Positions 1 to 11,209 of a stretch of 64,000 nt of DNA are shown here, piece by piece; position 1 is the first letter of the stretch; each line of letters begins with the position of its first letter. The stretch is taken from contig CAVQVX010000001.1 of NCBI GenBank assembly GCA_963717275.1, positions 2,131,686 to 2,195,685 of the forward strand. Direction: 5' to 3'. Source of the DNA: an uncultured Holophagaceae bacterium. GTDB taxonomy: Bacteria > Acidobacteriota > Holophagae > Holophagales > Holophagaceae. The notes beneath the pieces are model-generated. The model was not told the DNA's origin. It made no database searches and saw only the letters and a list, made by a program, of their open reading frames with translations. The position numbers and the translations under genes were made by a program.

Positions 1-69
1 GAAGGGATGGGCCAGGACGGTTATTCCAATGCGATCGACCAGATTCGCTGGTCCCGCGCCGGTGGTTGT

Positions 70-1324
70 TCAGGTCACCACCCCGCGCCGGGCGAATTCG
101 GGCCGGTCCCACAGGGCGCCGTCCAGCACCTCGCGCAGGACCTCCACCGCGTCCCACACGTCCACATACCGGAGGTACAGCGGCGCCAGCCCGAAACGCA
201 TCAGTTCCGGCTCCCGGTAGTCGCCGATCACGCCGCGGTCGATCATGGCCTGGATCACCGCGTGGCCGTGGGGATGCCGGAAGCTGACGTGGCTGCCGCG
301 CCGGGCGTGCTCGCTGGGGGTGACCAGCGCCAGCGGATGCCCCGGGCACCGCGCCCGCGCCAGTTCGATGAACAGATCCCCCAGGGCGAGCGATTTGGCC
401 CGCACTTCACGCATGTCCGCCCGCAGCGCCAGGTCCAGGCCGCACTCCACGAGCGCCATGGAAAGCACCGGCTGGGTGCCGCACTGGAAATGCCGGATCC
501 CCGCCGCCGGCTCGTACCCGGGCGCCATGGCGAACGGGCTCCGGTGCCCCCACCATCCGGAAAGGGGCTGGCGGCAGCGGTCCTGCAGGGTCTTGGCCAC
601 CCAGATGAACGCCGTGGAACCGGGGCCGCCGTTGAGGTACTTGTAGGTGCAGCCCACGGCGAAATCGGCGCCGGCGGCGCGCAGGTCGATCGGCACCGCC
701 CCGGCGCTGTGGGCCAGGTCCCAGATGACCCGCGCGCCCACGCGGTGCGCGCGCGCGGTGAGGTCCGCCAGGTCGTGCATGGCCCCGGTGCGGTAGTCGA
801 CGTGGGACAGCAGCGCCACCGCCACGTCGCCGTCCAGGGCCCGCTCCAGGGGCAGATCGCCGTCGGCCAGGCGCAGTTCGTACCTGTCCCAGGAAATCGA
901 TCATCCCCTCGACCATGTACAGGTCGGTGGGGAACGTGCCGCGCTCGGACAGGATCACCCGGCGGCCGGGGGCCTCCTCCCGCTGGAGGCGCAGGGCCGC
1001 GGCCAGCGCCTTGAAGACGTTGAGCGAAATGGAATCCGTGACGACCACTTCATCCGCCCCGGCGCCGACCAGGGCCGCGAGCTTCCCGCCCAGCCGGGCA
1101 GGCAGTTCGAACCAGCCGGCCGTGTTCCAGCTGCGCACCAGGCCCTCGCCCCACTCCTGCTCCAGGATCCGCGCCGCGCGCGCCGGCGCCGTCCGCGGCA
1201 TGGGGCCAAGGGAGTTGCCGTCCAGGTAGATCACCCCGCCGGGCAGAACGAAGGCCTGGCGCAAGGCCGCCAGCGGGTCCACCCGGTCCGCATCCTGACA
1301 CTGCGCGCGCGTTTGCATGCCCAT
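70..1324 (-). CDS. kynU: Kynureninase (PLP); frameshift near 880, probably an indel error
   Basis: N-part [19 protein letters not shown] (ORF 407..1324) joins C-part [27 protein letters not shown] (ORF 70..825). Confidence 0.93.
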
Positions 1325-1402
1325 TCCCTTCGGGTCGGTGGAAGATCCCCATCATATCCTGGTTGCCGGTATGCTATTTCCCCTTCAGCGGTGAGGTGAG
1401 CC

Positions 1403-2454
1403 ATGAAATTCAAACAGCTTGGAAACACCGGCCTGTTCGTGTCCGAGATCTGCCTCGGGGCCATGACCTTCGGCGGCAACGACGACGCGGGCATGTGGAA
1501 GGCCATCGGCCGGCTGGGCCAGGCCGAGGTGGACACCATCGTGGGCCGGGCCCTGGCGGCCGGGGTGAACTTCTTCGACACCGCCGACGTCTATTCCTTC
1601 GGCCAATCCGAGCGGCTGCTGGGCCAGGCCTTCAGGAACCTGGGCGTGGCGCGCAAGGACGTGGTGATCGCCACCAAGGTCTTCGGCGAGATGGGGCCCG
1701 GCCCCAACGACCGCGGCGCCTCCCGCGGCCACATCATGGACTCGGTGCACGGCAGCCTGGAGCGGCTGCAGACCGACCACATCGACCTCTACCAGATCCA
1801 CGGCAACGACAGCGTCACCCCGGTCGAGGAGACCCTGCGCGCCCTGGACGACCTGGTGCGCCAGGGCCTGGTGCGCTACGTGGGGGTGTCCAACTGGACC
1901 GCCTGGAAGATCGCCAAGGCGCTGGGGCATCAGCGAAGCCAAGGGGCTAGCCCGGTTCGAGACCCTGCAGGCCTACTATTCCATCGCCGGGCGCGACCTG
2001 GAGCGCGAACTGGCGCCCCTGGCTCATGGAGGAGAAGCTGGGCCTGATGGTCTGGTCGCCGCTGGCGGGAGGCCTCCTGTCCGGCAAGTTCGGGCCTGGC
2101 GCCAAGGCCGAGGAAGGGCGCCCGGCGGGCGAACTTCGACTTCCCGCCGGTGAACCAGGACCGGGCCTGGGCCTGCGTCGCGGCCATGCGCGAAATCGGC
2201 GCGGCGCACGGAGTCTCGGTCGCCCGGGTGGCCCTGGCCTGGCTGCTGGCCAAGCCCCACGTGATGAGCGTGATCATCGGCGCCAAGACCGCCTGGCCCA
2301 GCTGGACGACAACCTGGCGGCGGCCGAACTGGCCCTGCGGCCCGAAGAGATCGCCCGTCTGGACGAGGTCAGCGCCCTGCCCGCCGAATACCCGGGCTGG
2401 ATGCTCGAGCGCCAGGGCGGCCTGCGCCGGCCCAAGCCGGTGGCGCCGAAGTGA
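1403..2454 (+). CDS. Aldo/keto reductase (Tas/YajO-like), several frameshifts
   Basis: LGNTGLFVSEICLGAMTFG, FFDTADVYS, SLERLQTDHIDLYQIH, WSPLAGGLLSGK spread over three frames. Confidence 0.9.
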
Positions 2455-2500
2455 TTTCCCCTTGACGGCTGCATGAACTGGACCCAGCATTATCGGTCTG

Positions 2501-2566
2501 ATGCCTAACCGCTCCCTTTCCTTCCTGCTCCTGAGCCTGCGCCTTGGCGGCGCGGGAGAGGATTGA
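2501..2566 (+). CDS. Putative leucine attenuation leader peptide MPNRSLSFLLLSLRLGGAGED
   Basis: 21-codon ORF with 6 Leu codons in a 10-codon stretch, ending 112 nt upstream of leuA; TTGACG -35-like hexamer at 2462. Confidence 0.75.
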   Translation: MPNRSLSFLLLSLRLGGAGED

Positions 2567-2678
2567 GAGCCGAAGCGAACTGAAGCGCACCGAATCTCAC
2601 CCCCTCGACCGCATTCCGGGGGGAGTCGGCGCCATGATCCGAACGCTTCCCCGGAGCCCAACAGCCCCGGAGGCATTC

Positions 2679-4367
2679 ATGAACCCCCATCGCTACCGAC
2701 CCGTACCCGGCATCGCGCTCAGGGACCGCACCTGGCCCGACCGCGTGCTCACCCGCAGCCCCCAATGGTGCAGCGTCGACCTGCGCGACGGCAACCAGGC
2801 CCTGGTGGAACCCATGGGCTGGACGCGCAAGCTGCGCCTGTTCGAGAACCTGGTGCGGATCGGCTTCCGGGAGATCGAAGTGGGCTTCCCGTCGGCCTCC
2901 CAGACCGATTTCGACTTCCTGCGCCGGCTCATCGAGGAGGGCCGCATCCCGGACGACGTCACCATCCAGGTGCTCACCCAGGCCCGGGAGGGGCTGATCG
3001 AGCGCACCGTGGAGTCCCTGGCGGGGGCGCGCAGGGCCATCATCCACCTCTACAACTCCACCTCCACCCTGCAGCGCCGGGTGGTGTTCGGCCTGGGCCG
3101 GGACGCCATCCGCGACCTGGCCGTGCAGGGCACCCGCTGGGTGAAGCAGGCCTCCTCCGCCCTCGCCTCCACCGAACTCACCTTCCAGTATTCGCCGGAA
3201 AGCTTCACCGGCACCGAACTGGACTTCGCGGCGGAAGTCTCGGACGCCGTGATCGAGGCCTGGCAGCCCCTGCCCCATGAAAAAGTCATCCTCAACCTTC
3301 CCGCCACCGTGGAGATGACCAGCCCCAACCTGTTCGCGGACCAGATCGAATGGATGCACCGCAGCCTGAAGCGGCGCGACCAGGCGGTGCTGAGCGTGCA
3401 CACCCACAACGACCGCGGCTGCGCCGTGGCGGCGACGGAACTGGCCATGCTGGCCGGGGCCGAGCGGGTGGAGGGGACACTCTTCGGCAACGGCGAGCGC
3501 ACCGGCAACGTGGACCTGGTGACGGTCGCCCTGAACCTCTTCACCCAGGGCATCGATCCGGGGCTGGACCTCAGCGACCTGCCCGCCCTGGTGGAGGTGT
3601 TCGAGTACTGCAACAGCCTCCCCGTGCCCGCCCGCCACCCCTACGCCGGCGAACTGGTGTTCACGGCCTTCAGCGGCAGCCACCAGGACGCCATCAAGAA
3701 GGGCCTGCAGGCCATGGAGGCAGGCGGCGGCGAGGTCTGGGAAGTGCCGTACCTGCCCATCGACCCGGCCGACGTGGGCCGGCAGTACGACCCGATCATC
3801 CGCATCAACAGCCAGTCCGGCAAGGGCGGCGTCGCCTTCGTGCTGGAGCACTACCACGGCTACATCCTGCCCAAGGGGCTCGCCGCCGAGTTCGCCCTGG
3901 TGGTGCAGGACATCACCGACAGCACCGGCACCGAACTCCAGCCCGACGAGATCCACCGGGCCTTCCAGCGCGAGTACCTGGAGCCCGGGCGGTTCGAGCT
4001 GGCCGATTTCGACGTGCACCACGAGGGCCGGGACCGCTGCAGCCTCAAGGCGAGCCTCAGCGACCGCGGAATGCAGGTGTCCTTCGAGGCCAACGGCAAC
4101 GGCCCCATCGACGCCTTCGTGCGCGGGCTGCGCGAAGGCCCGGGCATCGACATCCACGTCCTGGACTACAGCGAGCACGCCCTGGGCGACGGCGCCAGCG
4201 CCACCGCCGTGGCCTACGTGCAGCTGCGGGCCAGGGACGGCGCGACCCGGTTCGGCGTGGGCCAGGACGAGGACATCGTGGCCGCCACCCTGGAGGCGGT
4301 GCTCAGCGCCGTGAACGGCCTGCAGCCGAAGACCCGCCGAGACGCCGGCGCCCGCCGCGCATCCTGA
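2679..4367 (+). CDS. leuA: 2-isopropylmalate synthase (LeuA type 2)
   Basis: WCSVDLRDGNQAL, HTHNDRG, GNGERTGN, YLPIDPAD and C-terminal regulatory domain; GGAGG SD at 2669 supports ATG 2679. Confidence 0.95.
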   Translation: MNPHRYRPVPGIALRDRTWPDRVLTRSPQWCSVDLRDGNQALVEPMGWTRKLRLFENLVRIGFREIEVGFPSASQTDFDFLRRLIEEGRIPDDVTIQVLTQAREGLIERTVESLAGARRAIIHLYNSTSTLQRRVVFGLGRDAIRDLAVQGTRWVKQASSALASTELTFQYSPESFTGTELDFAAEVSDAVIEAWQPLPHEKVILNLPATVEMTSPNLFADQIEWMHRSLKRRDQAVLSVHTHNDRGCAVAATELAMLAGAERVEGTLFGNGERTGNVDLVTVALNLFTQGIDPGLDLSDLPALVEVFEYCNSLPVPARHPYAGELVFTAFSGSHQDAIKKGLQAMEAGGGEVWEVPYLPIDPADVGRQYDPIIRINSQSGKGGVAFVLEHYHGYILPKGLAAEFALVVQDITDSTGTELQPDEIHRAFQREYLEPGRFELADFDVHHEGRDRCSLKASLSDRGMQVSFEANGNGPIDAFVRGLREGPGIDIHVLDYSEHALGDGASATAVAYVQLRARDGATRFGVGQDEDIVAATLEAVLSAVNGLQPKTRRDAGARRAS

Positions 4368-4375
4368 CGCCACGG

Positions 4376-4416
4376 GACGAGGACCCGCGAACCTGGGCGG
4401 TTCGCGGGTCCTCGTC
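4376..4416. terminator. Perfect 18-bp hairpin between convergent genes
   Basis: GACGAGGACCCGCGAACC-tgggc-GGTTCGCGGGTCCTCGTC; no clear U-tract. Confidence 0.6.
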
Positions 4417-4429
4417 GCGCGCAATGGGC

Positions 4430-4954
4430 TCAGATCGTGATGTTGATGGTCCCGGTGTTGCCCGTGATGTCGATGGTGCCGGTGCCGGCGGAAGCATTCG
4501 AAGTGGTCGAGCCGGTCGAGGCGCTCCCCTGGCTTCCCTCGATGATATTGATGGTGCCGGTGTTGCCCGTGATGTTGATGGTGTCGCCCTGGGTCCCGCT
4601 GGTGGCGCTCTGGCCCCCGTGGTGGTGGTGGTGGTGATGCCCCCCCGCCGCCTGCTGGAGCTGTGAGAAGGCCTGCTGGGCGGCCGACAGGTTGCCCGAC
4701 GAAAGGGCCTGGCCCAGCGCCGCGAACGCGCTCTGCACACTGTTCTGGGAAGTGCTGGTCGTGGAGGTGCTGCTCGTGGAGGTGGAGGCCGCCTGGGGTG
4801 CGTTCTGCTGGAGAGCGGCGAAGGCAGTCTTGGCAGCCTGGAGATTGCCGGAGGACAAGGCCTGGCTCAGCTGCTGGAACGGATTGTTGCCCTGGCCCCA
4901 GCTGGTCTGCTGGGTTGAACTGGTGGTGGTATTCAGGTTAAGGCTGCTGGACAT
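4430..4954 (-). CDS. Low-complexity S/T/Q/G-rich protein with His7 tract and internal repeats
   Basis: AGGAGGAG SD; two ALSSGNLxAAxxAF repeats, HHHHHHH, two TI(N/D)ITGNTGTINI repeats. Confidence 0.8.
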   Translation of the reverse strand: MSSSLNLNTTTSSTQQTSWGQGNNPFQQLSQALSSGNLQAAKTAFAALQQNAPQAASTSTSSTSTTSTSQNSVQSAFAALGQALSSGNLSAAQQAFSQLQQAAGGHHHHHHHGGQSATSGTQGDTINITGNTGTINIIEGSQGSASTGSTTSNASAGTGTIDITGNTGTINITI

Positions 4955-5081
4955 GTCTCCTCCTTGAGGTCCGTTGATTCAGGGGGTCCTTCCCCGCATC
5001 CATGCGTTCCCCTGAGTTATCGGACAACCTGAGCTTTTCAAATAGCCCTTGGCGGAAAAGAAATCGAGCCGCCTCCCCGCT

Positions 5082-5774
5082 TCACTCCGCTTCCAGTTTC
5101 GGGAAGATCCAGCCGGCGATCACCGCGCCCAGCAGCGGGGCCACCCAGAACAGCCAGAGCTGACCCAGCGCCCATCCGCCATCGGCATAGAACGCCACGC
5201 CCGTGCTGCGCGCGGGATTCACGCTGGTGTTGGTGACCGGGATGCTCACCAGGTGGATCAGGGTGAGGCAGAGCCCGATGGCGATGGGCGCGAAGGCAGC
5301 CGAGGCCTTCTTCGCGGTGGCGCCCAGGATCACCAGGAGGAAGAAGCAGGTCATCACGACCTCCGTGAGGAAGGCCGAACCCAGGCCGTAGCCTCCGGGG
5401 CTGTGCTCGCCGTAGCCGTTGCTGGCGAAACCGCCGGCGCTGAACCCCGGCTTCCCCGAGGCGATGCCATACAGGATGGCGCCGGCGGCGCAGGCGCCGA
5501 GCACCTGGGCGATCCAGTAGGGCAGCAGGTCCTTCCAGGGGAACCGGCCTCCGACCGCCAGGCCCAGGCTCACCGCCGGGTTCAGGTGGCAGCCCGAGAT
5601 CGGGCCGATGGCGAAGGCCATCGTCAGCACCGTCAGGCCGAAGGCGACGGCGACCCCGTGCAGGCCGATGCCGACCCCGGGGAAGGCCGCCGCCAGGACG
5701 GCGCTGCCGCACCCGCCGAGCACCAGCCAGAGCGTGCCGAGAAATTCCGCGGATAGCCGCTTGGGTAGACTCAT
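5082..5774 (-). CDS. aqpZ: Aquaporin Z
   Basis: [36 protein letters not shown] (two NPA motifs). Confidence 0.97.
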   Translation of the reverse strand: MSLPKRLSAEFLGTLWLVLGGCGSAVLAAAFPGVGIGLHGVAVAFGLTVLTMAFAIGPISGCHLNPAVSLGLAVGGRFPWKDLLPYWIAQVLGACAAGAILYGIASGKPGFSAGGFASNGYGEHSPGGYGLGSAFLTEVVMTCFFLLVILGATAKKASAAFAPIAIGLCLTLIHLVSIPVTNTSVNPARSTGVAFYADGGWALGQLWLFWVAPLLGAVIAGWIFPKLEAE

Positions 5775-5842
5775 GGTCGCCTCCTTTTGAAGGTCTGGAT
5801 TCCGCCAAGAGTTTACCGATCGCGCTGAAGAATTCGATTATT

Positions 5843-7456
5843 TTATAAATCAACGTTGGGATTGTCCTCAGGCTGGCGGGCGCGGTAAAGCTCCGCCAGG
5901 TACTGGGTGACCGATTCGCTCCACAGGAAGCGTTCCTTCGCGGCCTGGTCGGCGAGCTTGCGCCAGAGGCCCGGATGCTGCTTCTTCAGGGTGATCGCCC
6001 GGCGGCAGGCGTCCACCAGGCCATCCACCTGCTCGTTCATGAACCAGCCTTCGAAGACGAAGCCGTTCCGCCCCTCCCGCACGGTATCCTTCAGGCCGCC
6101 GACGTTGTGGGCGATGACCGGCTGGCCTTCGCGCAGGGCGAGCATCTGGCTGATTCCGCAGGGCTCGTATGAGCTTGGCATGAGGAAAGCATCGCCATGG
6201 CGGTAGAGCATGTCGGCGCAGGCGTTGGAATAGCCGTTCAGGAAAATGAAGTTGCTGTGCCGGCCGGCCATATCCAGGAAAAACGCCTCATAGGTCGGAT
6301 CCCCGGTGCCGAGCAGGAACAGCACGCCGTCCTCGCCCAGGCTTTCCAGCACCGACTGCAGGCCGGAAGCGCCCGAACTGCCCTTGGCCAGCAGCAGCAT
6401 CGATTTCTGCTCCACCACCCGGGTCACCCCGGTCAGCACCAGGTCCGGCCGCCGGCGCCGGGCCAGGTCGCTCATCCGTTCCAGGGCGAGGAAGTGCACC
6501 AGCGCGACCTGCTTGTCCCGGACGACCCAGGTCAGCACTTCGCTCCGGAGGCGGGTGAGCAGGTCCGGCCAGGACAGCTCCCGGGAGGCGCGCTCGGGGT
6601 ACTCGCAGCCGTTCAGGATCCCGACCAGCCGGTCCGCCGCCGCCTGCAGGACGCCCTGGAGCCGCTCCCCGCCGAAGAAGTCCGGCGTCCGGCTGGGCAG
6701 CAGGATCTCCTGTGCGTAGCTGGGCGAGACGGCATGCACCGCATCGGCCCAGCGGATGCCCACCGCCATCGGGTTGACGCATTCCGGCCAGTCCGGATCC
6801 TCGATGGCCGGATGGGCGCCCGCGAGGGCCGGGGCCAGCTGGGGAAACCAGGCCTCCAGCGAGGACACGTCGCCGCGCAGCGGGCGCACGCCCTGAAGCC
6901 CCAGGTTGTGGATCGTGAAGACCGTGCGCAACGGGCGCAGGAATCCGTACGCCGGGTCCAGTTCGCGCAGCACCAGCAGGAACGCGGTGTGCCAGTCGTG
7001 CAGGTGGAGGCAGTCGAGCGGTCCGAACAGCCCCTGGCGGATGGCTTCGGCCGCCGCCAGGCAGAAGGCGGCGAAGCGCGTGGCGTCGGTGGCGAAGGGC
7101 CGCCCGGGCTGGTCGTCCTGGTACATGGTGATGCGCCCGGTGGCCGGGTGGCGCGCTTCGAACAGGGGGCAGTCCAGGACCAGGTGGCGCACCTTGGGGT
7201 CGGGTTTACGGCCCGGCACCTCATAGGCGGTCACCCAGTGCCGCGCGCCGGCGAAATCCATCACCAGCGAGCCGATCACCCAGGTGCCCGGGCGGGCGTG
7301 CAGGAATCCATAGGAAGGCACCACCACCGTGACCCGCACGTCTTCATCGGGCAGCGCCGCCAAGGCCGGCGGCACGTCGCGGACCACGTCCCCGATCCCG
7401 CCGACCTTCGCATCCGGTATCCCATCGTTTTCCGCCGCCAGCATCAGGATGTGCAT
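5843..7456 (-). CDS. glgA: Glycogen synthase (GT5)
   Basis: KVGGIGDV, HLHDWHT, VFTIHNL, MPSSYEPCGISQM. Confidence 0.9.
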   Translation of the reverse strand: MHILMLAAENDGIPDAKVGGIGDVVRDVPPALAALPDEDVRVTVVVPSYGFLHARPGTWVIGSLVMDFAGARHWVTAYEVPGRKPDPKVRHLVLDCPLFEARHPATGRITMYQDDQPGRPFATDATRFAAFCLAAAEAIRQGLFGPLDCLHLHDWHTAFLLVLRELDPAYGFLRPLRTVFTIHNLGLQGVRPLRGDVSSLEAWFPQLAPALAGAHPAIEDPDWPECVNPMAVGIRWADAVHAVSPSYAQEILLPSRTPDFFGGERLQGVLQAAADRLVGILNGCEYPERASRELSWPDLLTRLRSEVLTWVVRDKQVALVHFLALERMSDLARRRRPDLVLTGVTRVVEQKSMLLLAKGSSGASGLQSVLESLGEDGVLFLLGTGDPTYEAFFLDMAGRHSNFIFLNGYSNACADMLYRHGDAFLMPSSYEPCGISQMLALREGQPVIAHNVGGLKDTVREGRNGFVFEGWFMNEQVDGLVDACRRAITLKKQHPGLWRKLADQAAKERFLWSESVTQYLAELYRARQPEDNPNVDL

Positions 7457-7541
7457 GAACGACTCCTCATCCGGGGAAATCCCGGAGACTTGCGATGTGC
7501 ATCATACCGTCCTCGGGCGTGCCCGGTGATTCCAATCAGGA

Positions 7542-8375
7542 TCAGTATTTGATCCTTGCAACCGAGCGGAGCTCGTCCGGGGTGGAGGTCCCGAAGCCGA
7601 AGAACTCCAGGTAGGCGGGGATCATCTCGAACAGCATGTCCGTGCCGACCGAATACCGGCAGCCCAGTTCCCGGGCGCAGCGGAGCAGCGGCGTGATCTC
7701 GGTCTTCATGACCACCTCGCCGACGAAGGTCGAGGGCGACAGCCTCGAAACGTCGAAGGGGAGCGGATCCTCGGGGTTCATGCCCATGGGCGTCGCGTTG
7801 ACGACCAGGTCGTAGCCCGCGGGGTCCGAGGAGGCGATCTTCACTTCGAGCTTCGGGTAGTTCGCGGTCAACCGGCCGGCGAGGCCCGTGGCGGCGGCTT
7901 CACGGGTGTCGAACAGCGCGATCGATCCGACCTGGTCCGCGGCGAGGGAAGCGGCGATGGCGCAGCCGACGCCGCCGGATCCGACCACCAGACAGCGGGC
8001 GCCCTTCAGGTTGAAGCCCTGACGCTGGACCGTGCGCGTGAAACCCGTGCCGTCGAACATGTCGGCCAGCAGCGTGCCGTCCGGGCGCTTGAGGAGGGCG
8101 TTGGCCGATCCGGCGATCCTGGCGGTGACGGTGCACTCGTCCGCGAGGCCCACCGTGGTCACCTTGTGCGGCATCGTGATGAGCGCGCCGTGGATGTTGG
8201 TGAACCGGAAAATGGTCCGCAGCGCGTTGGGGTAGTCCTCGGCCTTCACCCCCATCGGCACGACCACCGCGTCGACCTCGTGCTTCTCGAACCACGGGTT
8301 GTAGATCATCGGGGCCTTGAACGACTCCGTTGGATAACCGATGTGTGCCACGACCTTCGTCTTCCCGCTGATCAC
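7542..8375 (-). CDS. Shikimate/quinate dehydrogenase family protein
   Basis: ITMPHK, GSGGVG, VVNATPMGM, GTDMLFEM. Confidence 0.9.
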   Translation of the reverse strand: MISGKTKVVAHIGYPTESFKAPMIYNPWFEKHEVDAVVVPMGVKAEDYPNALRTIFRFTNIHGALITMPHKVTTVGLADECTVTARIAGSANALLKRPDGTLLADMFDGTGFTRTVQRQGFNLKGARCLVVGSGGVGCAIAASLAADQVGSIALFDTREAAATGLAGRLTANYPKLEVKIASSDPAGYDLVVNATPMGMNPEDPLPFDVSRLSPSTFVGEVVMKTEITPLLRCARELGCRYSVGTDMLFEMIPAYLEFFGFGTSTPDELRSVARIKY

Positions 8376-8463
8376 TGGAGCCCCCTTTTTTTCAGGTTTG
8401 TCTTTGCAGGATGCGACATGGCGCAGCCTGCCGCCGTACTTCGACTGTCGACCCGCCGGGCCC

Positions 8464-9309
8464 TTACCGGACCAGCGCGGGCTTGCGATTGATGACCTCC
8501 GCGTGCGCCTTCACGTAGGCCCGGGCCGTTTCCAGGCAGCGGAAGGCATGTTCCGCGTAGCCCGTTTCGAGCACCCGGGCCATGTTGGGCAGTTCGATCG
8601 AATAGACCACCTCGGGGATGTGCTGCAGGATGCTCGCCACGTCGATCCCGCCGTCGCCGAGGTAGAGCCGACCCTCGCGCATGATGCGGATCAGTTCCTC
8701 CCGTTCGGCCGGAATCTCCGCGGGCGCGTCGCACAGGTGCGCGAAGTGGAACCATTTGCGCGGCAGTGCGTCGAGTTCCTCGACCCGGTCGCCCGCGCGC
8801 TGGAAGTGGTGGGTGTCGACCATCAGCCCGGCATTCTCCCGGTTCACGGCCTTGAGGACCTGGACCGCGTCCGCCAGGGTGCGCACGCCGGCGATGGGCA
8901 CGTACTCGAGGTCGACGGTCAGGCCGAAGGGCTTGGCCAGGTCGCACACCTGCCCGAACTTCTCGATGGCGTATTCCCGGTTATCCGTCCAGATGCTCGA
9001 GAGCACCGCGCGGCCGCCCAGTTCGGCCGCGACTTCCATGGCGGGCAGGTACTTGGTGGGGTGCATGTTGTCGTAGATGCGCGCCAGCTCGATGTCATGC
9101 AGCCGGACCCCGGTTTCGGCGAGCGCCCGCTTGGTCTGCTTCATCATCGCCGGGTTGTCGGCCAGCGCGTAGTTCGGCTCGCCCTGCAGCCCCATGAGGA
9201 TGGGGCGGATGCTTACGAAGTCGTAACCCGCCCGGGCCGCGATGTAGGTCATCTCCGGAGGAGGGCAGCCGAGCACTGTCAGATGGGCAAGTGAATACTG
9301 GGTAGCCAT
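8464..9309 (-). CDS. Xylose-isomerase-like TIM-barrel protein (IolE/AsbF superfamily)
   Basis: Metal-ligand pattern DLE..VDTHH..HLCD..R..GDG.ID..SIE. Confidence 0.82.
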   Translation of the reverse strand: MATQYSLAHLTVLGCPPPEMTYIAARAGYDFVSIRPILMGLQGEPNYALADNPAMMKQTKRALAETGVRLHDIELARIYDNMHPTKYLPAMEVAAELGGRAVLSSIWTDNREYAIEKFGQVCDLAKPFGLTVDLEYVPIAGVRTLADAVQVLKAVNRENAGLMVDTHHFQRAGDRVEELDALPRKWFHFAHLCDAPAEIPAEREELIRIMREGRLYLGDGGIDVASILQHIPEVVYSIELPNMARVLETGYAEHAFRCLETARAYVKAHAEVINRKPALVR

Positions 9310-9402
9310 GTCCGTACCCTCCCGAAGATTGAGTTGTGAACCTGCATTTTCCGGCTCCAGCGCGTGCTGGGCCGCATCGATGACTGGCAGAGAGCTTGTT
9401 CG

Positions 9403-11167
9403 TCAGCTGGTGGCCACGTGGTGGACCTTCTTGCCGGGCGAATAGATGTCCATGATGTTCCAGTGCCCGGCGGTGGGGGTCGGGACGTTCTTCATGTACA
9501 CGTCGATTACCACCGGACGCTTGGCCTGGATCGCCTTCTCGATCGCGGGCCTGAGCTCCGCGGCCGACTCGATCCGGACCCCTTCGACGCCGTAGGCCCG
9601 GGCGATGGCGGCGAAATCGGGCGAGCTGCTTTCGCCGTCCTTTTCGAACACGGTCCCGAAGGTCGTCCCGTAGTGGGCGAGTTCCAGCCCGGCGATGGTG
9701 CCGAAGGCGTGGTTGTTCATGATGACCCAGATGACCGGGATGTTGTCGATGAAGGCGGTGGCCAGGGCGGCCGGGTTCTGGCCGAAGCCCCCGTCCCCGA
9801 CCAGGGCGACCACGACGCGGTCGGGCAGGGCCAGCTTGGCGCCCAGCGCGGCCGGCGAGCCGAAGCCCATGGTCGCGAAGCCGCCCGGGGTGAAGATGGT
9901 GCCGGGCTCATAGACCGGGTACTGCTGGGCGAGCCCGTTCTTGTTCCAGCCCACGTCCGTGCAGATGATGGAGTTCCCGGGCAGCGCCTGGCGCAGGTCG
10001 GCCAGGATGCGCTCGGGGTTCATCGGCCAGGCGGCGCTGGTCTGGGCCTCCCGGTGCTCCGCGACGAAGGCCGCGCGGTTGGCGGCCATCTCGGCCAGGA
10101 GCTCCGGCCGCTTGACCCCGTTCGGGGCGAGCCTGCTGCGCGGCCCGCAGCAGGGCTCCGAGCGCGGACTTCAGGTCCGCGACGGCGCCGATGGCGACGG
10201 GATAGTTCCTGCCGATCTCCGAGGGATCGATATCGATGTGCATCAGCTGGGTCGGCGGGAAGTTGAAGGTGTACTCGGCCTCCCAGGAACTGCAGTCGGC
10301 CTCGGAGAAGCGGGTCCCCAGCGCCAGGATCCAATCGGCCCCCTTGCACTTGTCGTTGATGAACTTGGTGCCCCAGAAGCCGGTCATGCCGAGGATCAGC
10401 GGGTGGTCGTCCGGCAGGGCCCCCTTCCCCATCAGCGTGTGGGCGATGGGGAGCTGCAGATGCTCGGCGAACGCGCGCAGTTCGGTCATGGCGTCGGCGA
10501 GCATGATCCCGCCGCCGACGTAGAGCAGCGGGGTCTTGGCCGCCAGGAGCGTCTTGACCATCCGCTCGGCGGTCGCCTCGTCCAGGCACGGCTTGGCGAC
10601 CTGGCGCTGGTTCGCCAGCACCCGCTGGAACAGCGAGGTGTCGATCTTCTTGGAGAAGATGTCCATGGGCACGTCGATCAGCACCGGGCCGGGGCGTCCG
10701 CTTTCGGCCAGGATGAACGCCTTTTCCAGGATCTCCGGGAAGAGATGCGCCGAGTCCACGCGCCAGGCGCGCTTGACGAAGGGCCGATAGATCTCCAGCT
10801 GCGAGGCGTCCGCATGCAGGTTGACCTCCTGGTGCGGGTGCTTGCCGAAGTAGTGGGTCGGCACATCGCCGGCGATCACCACCATGGGGACGGAGTCCAG
10901 CGAAGCGTTGGCCACGCCGGTGGCGGCGTTGGTCAGGCCGGGGCTCAGGTGCGTCAGCAGCACCGACGCCTTGCGGGTCGCGCGGGCGTAGCCGTCGGCC
11001 GCATGGGCCGCAATCTGCTCATGCCGGGTGTTGACGAACTTGATCTTCTTGCTCTTGGCAAGCTCGGCGAGCACCGCGATGTTGGTGTGCCCGCAAAGCC
11101 CGAACACGTGTTCCACCCCGCGCGCTTCGAGGTATTTGACCAACTGGCTGGAGATGAGTTCTTCCAT
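9403..11167 (-). CDS. ThDP-dependent enzyme (AHAS/IolD/cyclohexanedione hydrolase-like); frameshift near 10120
   Basis: VFGLCGHTN, TRHEQIAAHAADGYAR, GRPGPVLIDVP, ThDP motif GDGGF..NN. Confidence 0.9.
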
Positions 11168-11209
11168 ATCGTCGCTCCTTCGAATGATCAACGCTCGCTC
11201 AACGGCCCG

